64,000 bases of DNA, from the NCBI RefSeq assembly GCF_001194135.2, contig NC_068999.1, positions 47,471,259 to 47,535,258 of the forward strand. The letters run 5' to 3'. The position numbers and the translations under genes are program-made. The stretch is from Octopus bimaculoides (Eukaryota). Under the pieces are notes generated by a model. The model worked only from the letters and a program-made list of their open reading frames with translations. It ran no database searches and was not told the DNA's origin. Below are positions 25,105-64,000 of the stretch, piece by piece (the first letter of the stretch is position 1; the number at the start of each line of letters is the position of its first letter).

Positions 25105-25355
25105 TATGTATGTATTGTTTTGATTGTGATATTTAAAAAAACTCCGTTTCTGTTTCTCTCTTTGCAGACATCCTAATTCTGTCTCTTACTGCAACATTGG
25201 TTGGCATCTACACTGTAGCTTCATGTCGGCAACAGAGAATGAAACACAAACACATGTCATTTTACACATCTGGCATAAAATTCTTGGTTGCATCGTCTGT
25301 TCATCCAACTCAAACATCTTTACTCTCTGATTCAGATGATGATGTCATTCCATAG
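17632..25355 (+). CDS. ENPP4/5: Ectonucleotide pyrophosphatase/phosphodiesterase, ENPP4/ENPP5-like type I membrane protein, 484 aa
   Basis: Exons 17632-18490, 21194-21367, 21692-21925, 25168-25355, all introns phase 1 and GT-AG. Signal-peptide-like N-terminus; motifs SFDGFRWDY, catalytic [28 protein letters not shown] and [10 protein letters not shown]; C-terminal TM segment ([19 protein letters not shown]) and short tail. ENPP4 versus ENPP5 orthology cannot be settled by eye. Confidence 0.95.
21194..21367 (+). CDS. ENPP4/5: ENPP coding exon 2
   Basis: ttttag|ATGTTCC...CACA|gtgagt; contains [27 protein letters not shown]. Confidence 0.92.
21692..21925 (+). CDS. ENPP4/5: ENPP coding exon 3
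   Basis: tttcag|GACAAGGAGAACATGGC...ACAT|gtaagt; GEHGYNN...[11 protein letters not shown]...PNNGS. Confidence 0.93.
22705..22850 (+). mobile_element. RTE LINE ORF2 C-terminal remnant
   Basis: Degenerate GRGRPR...[12 protein letters not shown] motif. Confidence 0.45.
23502..24634. mobile_element. Long-TIR non-autonomous DNA element with a nested palindromic element (23933-24134)
   Basis: Arms 23502-23684 and 24450-24634 are close reverse complements; lies in ENPP intron 3. Confidence 0.65.
24041..24087 (+). ncRNA. Degenerate hammerhead-like motif in a palindromic Penelope-derived element
   Basis: agatac-CTGATGA-aggctg...aagca-GAAA-tGTT-gtgtt; canonical CUGAUGA core, weakened stems. Confidence 0.45.
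25168..25355 (+). CDS. ENPP4/5: ENPP terminal exon (TM helix + cytoplasmic tail)
   Basis: ctctttgcag|ACATCC..., TAG at 25353-25355. Confidence 0.88.
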
Positions 25356-25811
25356 AATACATTTGCTTTGGGTTTTTTCACACGATGCTCTCCGTCTCTG
25401 TTATCGCAAAGGAAAGTGGTGTTTGTTGTTTTTGTTTTGATTTTCCAAGCATTTATCTATACGAGACATATGTTGTGGTATATACGTACATTGTTATTTC
25501 TGTCCTCGCCAGTTTTGTTTTGGATTCCAGTTGGAGAGGTTCAGTTAAGGGACGGATTTCATTACAGGAATTATTGAAGAAAAGAAATTTGTTGATCATG
25601 GATTTTTATATTCCTCTCTCTCTCTCTCTCTCTCCCTATCTGTCTATCTGTTTGTCTATCTACCTTCATACCTACCTAACTAACCCCTCACACACATACA
25701 TGTGCTGATCTCTGATCACACACACACATACATGTGTATACGTGTGTGTGTGTGATCAGTACTTGTATCTGAAAGAGAAGCGCATATATATATATATATT
25801 TTCTTTTTAAG

Positions 25812-26144
25812 AAGTTAAAAGTTGTGGCCAGTCATAAAGCAACCGTTGGTTCCACATCTATAAAATGCTTAGCAGTATAGGAGACTTGTCAGACTCAAAT
25901 GGTTGAAGGCGCATAACCTCTCTACAACTGGAGGAAGAAATATGCAACGGCCAGTTGCTTTTTTAAAATTTTATCTTTTTTTTCTTTGCTTACAAAACCA
26001 ACTGACTGTTACATATTTCTTCCTCCAGTTGTAGAGAGATTATGTGCTTTCAGCCATTTGAGTCTGATGAGTCACCTGTACTGCTAAGTGCTTTATAGGT
26101 ATGAAACCAATGGTCATTCTATGACCAGCCATAACTTTTAGCTT
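25812..26144. repeat. Palindromic foldback element (~147-bp arms, ~35-nt loop)
   Basis: 25812-25958 aligns without gaps to the reverse complement of 25993-26144. Confidence 0.85.
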
Positions 26145-26185
26145 CCTAAAAAATATATATGTGTGAGTGTGTGTGTGTGTGTGTA

Positions 26186-26407
26186 CATAAGGTCTGCAAA
26201 TCTAATGGAGGCCTCCAAAGACATTCTAAAATCCACATTGATCAGAACTTAACTGCAGCTCTTGGTGGTCCAAAGCAGATATGCAATTTATGTGGATGTC
26301 TTTTCAAAACATTGTCTGGTTTAAAAAGCCATATCAGATGCCATGATGGCTCTAAGGTGTAGGTACAGGAGGTGGTCAGAATCTACATAAAGAGTAGACA
26401 ATCACCA
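26186..26407 (+). mobile_element. 5'-truncated LINE (RTE-like) 3' end encoding C2H2 zinc fingers
   Basis: HKVCKSNGGLQRHSKIH, then a complete C-x2-C-x12-H-x3-H finger (CNLCGCLFKTLSGLKSHIRCH), TAG at 26362 and a short tail. No splice sites or start context. Confidence 0.55.
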
Positions 26408-27914
26408 TATATTTGTATGTATGTATGTACATAAGTATGTAGTGGCATGTAGCTTAGTGGTTATAATGTTCATAAGATAGTGGTTTCGATTCCTGGACCA
26501 GCCGACGTGTTGTGTTCTTGAGGAAAACACTTCATTTCACGTTGCTCCAGTCCACTCAGCTGGAAAATATGAGTAATCTCACAACGGACTGGTGTCCCGT
26601 CCAGGTGGGGGGGATATATAAGCCATGGAAAATGGGAAACCAGCCGTCTGAGTCTACACGACTCGGGAAGGAACTTTACTTTACTTATGTATGTATGTAT
26701 ATATGTGTGTGTACATACATGCATGTGTTCGTTAGTATATGTTTATGATTTTATTTATTTTCAATAGTATGTTGAGTGTATCCATGAACAAAAATTATTG
26801 TAGGTCCTTATTGATTGTTCTTTATTTATTTATTGGAAGAGGGTGTATATATGAAGTACGCATCTTGCTTTGCTTAAATCCTAGATTTACTTTACTTGAT
26901 AAGACTATCTTTATCCAGCAGCCACGAAAAACCATCTACATGGTTGCCCCCATCTCCTAGAAATATCAACTACATTACTCTGAATCACAAACTACCATTT
27001 AGAAAAAGAAAGAATACATTAGACATTAATTTTAATCCTACTTTATTTAAGTTTTATCTGTTGCAGCTGATCTATGTTAATCATAGAGGAAGGGAGCTGG
27101 CTACATATTCTCTTAGGAGCAGTCAACTAACTGTCAGACCATTAGAGGACTACCTCTTCTTTTTTTTTTTTCCCCACACATCAATAGTATAGAAATAACA
27201 TGTTTACATTATTATTTAACCCACAGTAAGGCTTTGTAATATCTAAATTTATTTTAGTCTTAGACATATTAAAAAAGGTGGAATGGTCACAGCTGGGAGA
27301 CTGATAACAGGCTTGCTCAGTGAGGGCTGACCTCAAGGCTAAACAATAACAACTGCAGAGTCAGTAGAGAGTTTGTAACATTTCCCACTTTTCCATTTAT
27401 CAGTCACTTTTTATCCATTCTGTGATAAATATTCAATATTGGAGGATTTTTCGTAACTCTCTTCAGCATTCAAATTCCTCTGTCAAATGTAACACTTGTT
27501 TCTTCACATTGTTTTGAATTAATCATGAAATTATCTTGTAGCTTTGAGATTTTGATAATGTGATTGTTTATTTTTAGAATGACATTGTAGGGTAGGTGTG
27601 AGAGGCTGGATCAGACCAGTTTAAACATAAAATGGAAAATATTTGGGTTGGATATGCTGAAGAGTTAAGCTGCTTTTTGAAGCAGAATTGACATGACATT
27701 TCAATGGAAGTGGTGTCATACAGCCAGGAGTGGTCTCAGGCATTTTGATACCACAGGGTTATACTGTAGAGAACAGTCAGACTTCTGTAGGTCCATATAT
27801 GTCAACAAATAAACAATAGATTTGATCTGGAATGTAATCTAGGAAGATATAAACTTCATATTTCCTCTTGTCCAAGAATAGTCAATCAGGAAAATTAAGA
27901 ATCAAGTGAAAAAC

Positions 27915-28300
27915 ATTAATGAATTTATGTCATTAAAGGTACATAATTTATTTGTTAAAAATATATTATTTATACCATTTAAGGTATATAAATTATATCA
28001 TGAAGGGTATATAATTTATATCATTAAAAGACATAATTTATATCCTTAGAGGTATATAAATCATATCATAAATGTTATATAAATTACATTGTTAAAGGTA
28101 TATAATTTATATCATTGACACTATATAAATTATATCTTTAAAGGTATATAATTTATATTGTTAAAGATATATAATTCGTATCATCAAAGGTATATAATTT
28201 TATATCATTAAAGTTATATAGTTTATATCATTTAAATTATATAAATTATACCATTAAAGACGTATAATTTATATCATTAAAGGTATATAATCTACGCTGT
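27915..28300. repeat. Degenerate ~29-bp AT-rich minisatellite
   Basis: Repeated tatatcattaaaggtatataat. Confidence 0.8.
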
Positions 28301-29044
28301 TATTATTTGTCTGCTGTGTTTAACAGAAATTTATCAAGTTGTAATTATTTCTGCCTTGTTTTACAAAGCTTTTTAATGGCAAAGTTCACTCAAATGTTTA
28401 ATGAATATAAATAGTGTAAAAAGAAAAAAAGAATGGTTGTACGGGATACAGGGTTGGCTGTGTGGTTAAGAAGCTTCTTTTGCAACCACATAGTTTCGGG
28501 TTCAGTCCCACTGCATGGCACCTTGGGCAAGTGTTTTCTACAATAGTCCCATTTTAACCAATTCCTTGTGTGTGAATTTGGTTGATGGAAACTGTGTGGA
28601 AGCTCATTTTTATATATACATATATATGTGCGCGTGTGTATATATATATCATCATCATCATCATCGTTTAACGTCCGCTTTCCATGCTAGCATGGGTTGG
28701 ACGATTTGACTGAGGACTGGTGAAACCGGATGGCAACACCAGGCTCCAATCTAATTTGGCAGAGTTTCTACAGTTGGATGCCCTTCCTAACGCCAACCAC
28801 TCAGAGAGTGTGTGTGTGTCTGTGTTTGTCCCTGTCAACACCAGCATTTGACATCTGGTACTTATTTGTTTATGAACCGTAACTTAACAGTTCAGCAAAA
28901 GGGACCAATATAATAACTAAGTACCAGACTTTAAAAAACAAAGTACTGGGGGTTAACTTGTTTGATTAAAACCCTTCAAAGCAGTGCCCCAGCATGGCCG
29001 TAGTTTAATGATAGTAACTAATAAAAGATATATGAATATATACA

Positions 29045-29183
29045 ACCACATGGTTCTGGGTTCAGTCCCACTGTGTGGCACCTTGGGCAAGTGTCTTCTA
29101 CTATAGCCTCGGGCCGACCAAAGCCTTGTGAGTGGATTTGGTAGACGGAAACTGAAAGAAGCCTGTCGTATATATTTTTATAC

Positions 29184-29217
<34 letters not shown>

Positions 29218-29428
29218 ATATGTTTGTGTGTCTGTGTTTGTCCCCCTAACATCGCTTGACAACCGATGGTGGTGTGTTTACGTCCCCGTAACTTAGCGGT
29301 TCGGCAAAAGAGACCGATAGAATAAGTACTAGGCATCCAAAGAATAAGTCCTGGTGTTGATTTGCTCGACTAAAGGCGGTGCTCCAGCATGGCCACAGTC
29401 AAATGACTGAAACAAGTAAAAGAGTATA
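29045..29428 (+). mobile_element. tRNA-derived SINE family A (other copies near 1680-1925, 5560-5835, 20620-21010, 35240-35625, 40655-41005, 52870-53100, 55040-55170, 58790-58935, 61545-61770)
   Basis: Recurrent ...ggttcagtcccactgtgtggcaccttgggcaag...(AT/GT)n...cagcatggccacagtcaaatgactgaaacaagtaaaagag. Confidence 0.85.
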
Positions 29429-30115
29429 TNNNNNNNNNNNNNNNNNNNNNNNNNNNNNNNNNNNNNNNNNNNNNNNNNNNNNNNNNNNNNNNNNNNNNNN
29501 NNNNNNNNNNNNNNNNNNNNNNNNNNNNNNNNNNNNNNNNNNNNNNNNNNNNNNNNNNNNNNNNNNNNNNNNNNNNNNNNNNNNNNNNNNNNNNNNNNNN
29601 NNNNNNNNNNNNNNNNNNNNNNNNNNNNNNNNNNNNNNNNNNNNNNNNNNNNNNNNNNNNNNNNNNNNNNNNNNNNNNNNNNNNNNNNNNNNNNNNNNNN
29701 NNNNNNNNNNNNNNNNNNNNNNNNNNNNNNNNNNNNNNNNNNNNNNNNNNNNNNNNNNNNNNNNNNNNNNNNNNNNNNNNNNNNNNNNNNNNNNNNNNNN
29801 NNNNNNNNNNNNNNNNNNNNNNNNNNNNNNNNNNNNNNNNNNNNNNNNNNNNNNNNNNNNNNNNNNNNNNNNNNNNNNNNNNNNNNNNNNNNNNNNNNNN
29901 NNNNNNNNNNNNNNNNNNNNNNNNNNNNNNNAAAAAAATAAAAAGATATCCATGTTTGGAAATATAATAATTTAACAGATGTAAATGTTATTAATATTAT
30001 GTATTTTTCCCTAATAAATATTTAATTATTTGTCAATTATAACATATTTGTTATTTTGTGGTCAAAACCGCCTTTTGTTCAAAATATAAAATTTTTTCTA
30101 ACAATCTTAATTTAT

Positions 30116-59459
<29,344 letters not shown>

Positions 59460-60276
59460 CTATGAATTAAAGAAACACCACAAATAATAAGATAAAGAAG
59501 AAACATTTTTTTTCCCTAAATATTGAACAACTGATACTAATTTTTTTTATCATGTATCAACAGTAACAGCTTGACTCAAAAATATATAATTGTCAGGAAG
59601 TTCAGAGTTCTGAGTATAACAAAAGAAAAAAGCATGCCACTAAAACTACTGTTTTGTTTTTGAATGAAAATAGTTTATTGGTTGTGGTCTTTTAGATTTA
59701 GTATTCTGTACAACTGCACTGGAAGTCAAAAACAACGACGGTCGCCATCGTCATTTAATGTCCGTTTTCCACGCTGGCATGGGTTGGACGGTTTGATTGA
59801 AGATTGGCAAGCCAAGTAGGCTGTACCAGGCTCCAATCTGATCTGGCAAGGTTTCTACTGCTGGATGCCCTTCCTAATGCCAGCCACTCTGAGAGTGTAG
59901 TGAGTGCTTTCTACATGCCACCAGCTCAGGAGCCAATCAGGAAGCACTGGCAGCGACCACATTCAGATGGTGCTTTTTACGTGCCACGGCATGGAGAGCC
60001 AGTCAGGTGGCACTGGCATCACACAATAAAATGAACTAACCCAAATAATGACCTATTCAAAACATATGCTATCATAAAAAGCAAGACTATGCTCTTGCTG
60101 TGAAACTTTTGCCATTTACTTTTGTAAAACTGTTGTGTTGCTTATAAACCTTTTGCATAATTCCACTTGACTGGTTTCTGATTATTAAGAGTCCTTCTTT
60201 TCAGGAAGACGCAACAAAAATCTTTAATCGTGTACAGTCTATTTAGACATCCTTTCCAAATGTGAGTGTGAGTGTG

Positions 60277-60310
<34 letters not shown>

Positions 60311-60580
60311 TCTGTGTGTGCCTATCTCTCTCTATGACCAATAATAAGAGAAAGAGATGGGGGGATTCTATGCAGTTGCATGACTTGCTAGAAATAGCAG
60401 CCAGGAAAAGGACACATTAAATAATGTAGTCCTAGGTGCATCAGGCACGAAAAAAAAGATGAGATTGTTATTGTAAGAATGCCTTTGATCACAGGTCTAC
60501 GTGGTCAAGATTGGCACTGGGCGAAAGATATTAAAAACAATGGTGGCAACAACAACAACAACTACAGCAGCTGCAACAAT

Positions 60581-60619
<39 letters not shown>

Positions 60620-60942
60620 AATAATAATAATAATAATCTTTTCTAATGGAAGCATAAAGCCTCAAATTTGGGGGAAGGGATTAAGTCGATTATATCGACC
60701 CCAGTGCATAACTGGTACTTAATTTATTGACCCCGAGAGGATGAAAGATAAAGTCAACCCTGGTGGCATTTGAACACCCTAACCAACAGCCATAATAACA
60801 TCAGCAACAACAACTGAAACAACAGTAGCAACGCCAACAGCAACAATAACATGACCAACAACCGCAACAGCAACAAGAACCTTGACGACAACAACAACAA
60901 CAACAAAGAACTAGTGACCACACATAACAAAAGTATATCTAC

Positions 60943-60986
60943 CTCTGGGTTTTCGTCCAATGTATCCTCTATTTTTTCATTGGCTT
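60943..60986 (-). CDS. AK9: Candidate upstream AK9 exon (EANEKIEDTLDENPE)
   Basis: tttgcttag|AAGCC...CCAGAG|gtagat; phase 1 to 0 fits the phase-0 start of exon 59459. Confidence 0.5.
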
Positions 60987-61165
60987 CTAAGCAAATATAT
61001 GAAATAAAAATATTTGAAATCAATGTCAAGGCATTTCTATAAGCAATATGTGATAAAAATTATCCATCCCTCCATCCAGCTTCTCTGCCTGCTATTTCTG
61101 GGAAAGCCAGGAGGGCCGAGTCATCAGGCACCTCCTTCATAGTGTCCTATCAGAAGCAACTGTCA

Positions 61166-61232
<67 letters not shown>

Positions 61233-62025
61233 CACTGTGTGTGTCACAAGATTTTTGTCCTTGGGTAGCCACTGTTATTTCCTGTTTGCTTACCCCTAGA
61301 AAGTATGAAAAACAGCTGATATTTCCTTCAAACTTTACTTCTGTTACATTTATTGAAACCCCAAGGAATCCCTCTCAACTCATGGCTATGATGCTCCCCC
61401 ACTACTCCTGCTCATGATCAGAGATGCACACATTGTCTGCCACTAAGGGACATGTTCAAGTGGTTAAGGTCATGTATACATATGTGTATACATATGTGTG
61501 TATACATACATACATACATACATACATACATGTATGTATATATTTATTTATGTGTGTATCTTTGTGTTTGTACTTGTTTCCCACCACAGCTTGACAACTG
61601 ATGTTGGTCTGTGTATGCTCCTGTAGCTTAGCAGTTCAACAAAAAGAGACTGATAGAATAAGTGCCAGACTTTAAAAAAATAAATACTGGAGTTGACTTG
61701 TTCAACTAAACCCTTCAAGGCGGTGCCCCAGTATGGCCACAGCCCAAAGACTGAAAGATAAAGACAAACCAATATGTTTAATTAATTAATTAATTAATTA
61801 ATCTAAACGCAAACCTTTTATAATCATTCATCATATTTAACTAATTAGTCTAACAACAGACTCTTCATAAATATCCATTCTTTCTCATAAATTAGTGTAC
61901 CAGTTTTTGTACAGGAAATGAGTGATTAAACATTGACAAAGATGTCATAATTAAATATTAATGAACGAACTATAATTAGGAACAAGGTCTTTATGAAAGG
62001 AGAGGTAACTTCAACATTAAGAACA

Positions 62026-62039
62026 GTTGCTATAGAAAC
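62026..62039. promoter_or_regulatory. Candidate RFX X-box
   Basis: GTTGCTATAGAAAC fits the X-box consensus GTHNYY-AT-RRNAAC; lies in the 5' part of a ciliary gene. Confidence 0.35.
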
Positions 62040-62061
62040 AACAACTGAACAGATTCACTAC

Positions 62062-62106
62062 CTTCATCATAACATCTTGAAGGTAAATATTTGCAGTTCT
62101 CATATA
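62062..62106 (-). CDS. AK9: Candidate upstream AK9 exon (45 nt)
   Basis: cccttttgaaag|TATATG...ATGAAG|gtagtg; open in phase 1 (YENCKYLPSRCYDE) and in phase 0 (YMRTANIYLQDVMMK). Confidence 0.4.
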
Positions 62107-62199
62107 CTTTCAAAAGGGAATCATTAGAAAACAAACAACAAAAACAACTCAAATGACAAACAAGCAGAGAGACATTAAATTAGGTAAGTCTGTTTGATA

Positions 62200-62900
62200 A
62201 TTTTATTTAAACAGTTATCAATAATATAATAATAATATAGAAAAGTATTTTTTATAATCTAGAAAATCTGTTTGATGATTTTATTTCAAGTTTGATAATC
62301 ATATTTAATGTTTGTTTGATAGTTTCATTTCAAGTATGTTTGATAATTGTATTTAAACATTTTTGATAATCCTATTTGATAGTTTCATTTCAAGTATGTT
62401 TGATAATTGTATTTAAACATTTTTGATAATCCTATTTGATAGTTTCATTTCAAGTATGTTTGATAATTGTATTTAAACATTTTTGATAATCCTATTTGAT
62501 AGTTTCATTTCAAGTATGTTTGATAATTGTATTTAAACATTTTTGATAATCCTATTTTAGTCTGATAATCTTACTGAAAGTCTGTTTAGTAATCTTATTT
62601 CAAATCAGATAATCTTATTTCAAGCTTGTTTGATAATCATATTTAATGGCTGTTTGATAATTTCATTTCAAGTCTGTTTAGTAATCATATTTAAATGCTT
62701 TTTTGATAATTCTATATAAAGTCTAATAATCTCATTTTAAACTCTTCGATATAATTCTATTAATGTCTTTTTGATTTTTATTTCAAGTTTGCTTGATAAT
62801 CTTATTTCAAATCTGATCATCTTATTTGAAGTTTGATAATTTTATTTCAAGCCTGTTTGATAATCTTATTCCAAGGTTGTTTGATAATATTATTTGAAGG
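62200..62900. repeat. AT-rich minisatellite of ~20-nt TTTGATAAT monomers with a homogenised 60-bp unit at 62315-62557
   Basis: Three consecutive 60-nt lines (62341-62520) are identical; the flanks are degenerate. Confidence 0.9.
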
Positions 62901-63676
62901 CATTAATGAGCAATAAAATCTTTCCCAAACTGTTAGGTTTTGCTAACAACTAACCCTAATTGTATTTTATGGTTAAGAAAACTGTTTCTACAGAGGAGGT
63001 GGTGGTGGTGGTGGAATTAACTAAAACTGAACTAACCTCTGATAGTGAAATATAATTAATATATTGCAATGATTGTTCCTTGTGTATCGACGTAAGTCCA
63101 TTTCTATAGTGTCGTTAGCAACATTAGAAGCTGTCTTAGCAACAATTAATCTCCTCAAGAACAGGATTTTATCATCATGATCGCCATCTTACCATCTCTC
63201 TCATCATCATCATCACTCTCTCTCTCTCTCTCTCTTTCTATCATGAACATCTTTCTCAAGCAATACACCGCCACCACCACTGCTGCCGCCGCCACCACCA
63301 CTGCTGCCGCCGCCACCACCAATGCTGCCACCGCCACCACCGCTGCTGCCGCCGCCACCACCACCGCTGCCGCTGCCATGATGACAATGATGATAATGAT
63401 AATGATAATGATAAATGATAATGACAACAATGCTGATGGTGATGACGATGATGATAATGATGAAGATGACAGTGGCAGTGACACTGATGAGGGTGATGAC
63501 ATTGATGACAACAATGATGATGATGGTGATGGTGATGATGACAACAAAGATGGTGAGGTCTTCGGATCTGGCCAATGAGTTCGCTTACATGCAGCGGCGT
63601 TCCGTGCGTTTTCTGATGGCCTGGAGAAGACGACCGAACCCGATCGTTTAGAGGAAGTAAAAAAAGAAAAAGTGAA

Positions 63677-63930
63677 GGCGCATGGCTCAGTGGTTAGAGC
63701 ATCGAGTTTACGATCGTGAGGTTGTGAGTTCAAATCCCGGACCGGGCTGTGTGTTGTGTTCTTGAGCAAGACACTTTATTTCACGTTGCTCCAGTTCGCT
63801 CAGCTGCAGAAATGAGTTGCGACATCACAGGTGCCAAGCTGTATCGGCCCCTTTTGCCTTTCCCTTGGATAACACTGGTGGCGTGGAGAGGGGGAGGCCG
63901 GTATGCATGGGCGACTGCTGGTCTTCCATA
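63677..63930 (+). mobile_element. SINE family E (second copy near 26440-26670)
   Basis: TGGCTCAGTGG A-box, GAGTTCAAATCC B-box, core gtgttgtgttcttgagcaagacacttt. Confidence 0.8.
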
Positions 63931-64000
63931 AAAAAAAAAGATGGTGGTGGTGATGGTGGTGACGAAGATGGTGATGATGATGATGATGATGATAATGATA

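Noticed and set aside
62315-62557. CRISPR-like regular array
   Set aside because: Contiguous tandem repeat without unique spacers, in a eukaryotic context.
63155-63769. Ala/Thr-, Asp- and Gly-rich ORFs
   Set aside because: Compound trinucleotide repeats running into a SINE, with no splice or codon evidence. The same applies to 37122-37451 and 52114-52534.

Overview
AT-rich eukaryotic genomic window. The repeat landscape (tRNA-derived SINEs, TTAA MITEs, Penelope-like relics, dense microsatellites) points to a coleoid cephalopod, probably Octopus; this is an inference. There are 8 assembly gaps. I reconstructed three protein-coding genes by hand from splice sites and reading phase. (1) Minus strand, 4936-11000: a small 4-exon gene that the ORF track misses in its correct frame. 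It encodes a 105-aa protein with a Pro/Tyr/Gly-rich N-terminus and a His-rich C-terminus (29 His in the last 60 aa) and has no signal peptide. I recognise no family for it, and it is the main finding. (2) Plus strand, 17632-25355: a complete 484-aa ENPP4/ENPP5-like type I membrane ectonucleotide pyrophosphatase in 4 coding exons. (3) Minus strand, 30116-59459: 25 phase-consistent exons (1391 aa) of adenylate kinase 9. One internal exon is probably hidden in a gap and the 5' end probably lies beyond the window. The non-coding space holds minimal hammerhead-ribozyme motifs in Penelope-like relics, several long inverted repeats in introns and in the likely ENPP 3' UTR (potential dsRNA/ADAR substrates), telomere-like MITEs, mariner/hAT/RTE remnants and minisatellites.
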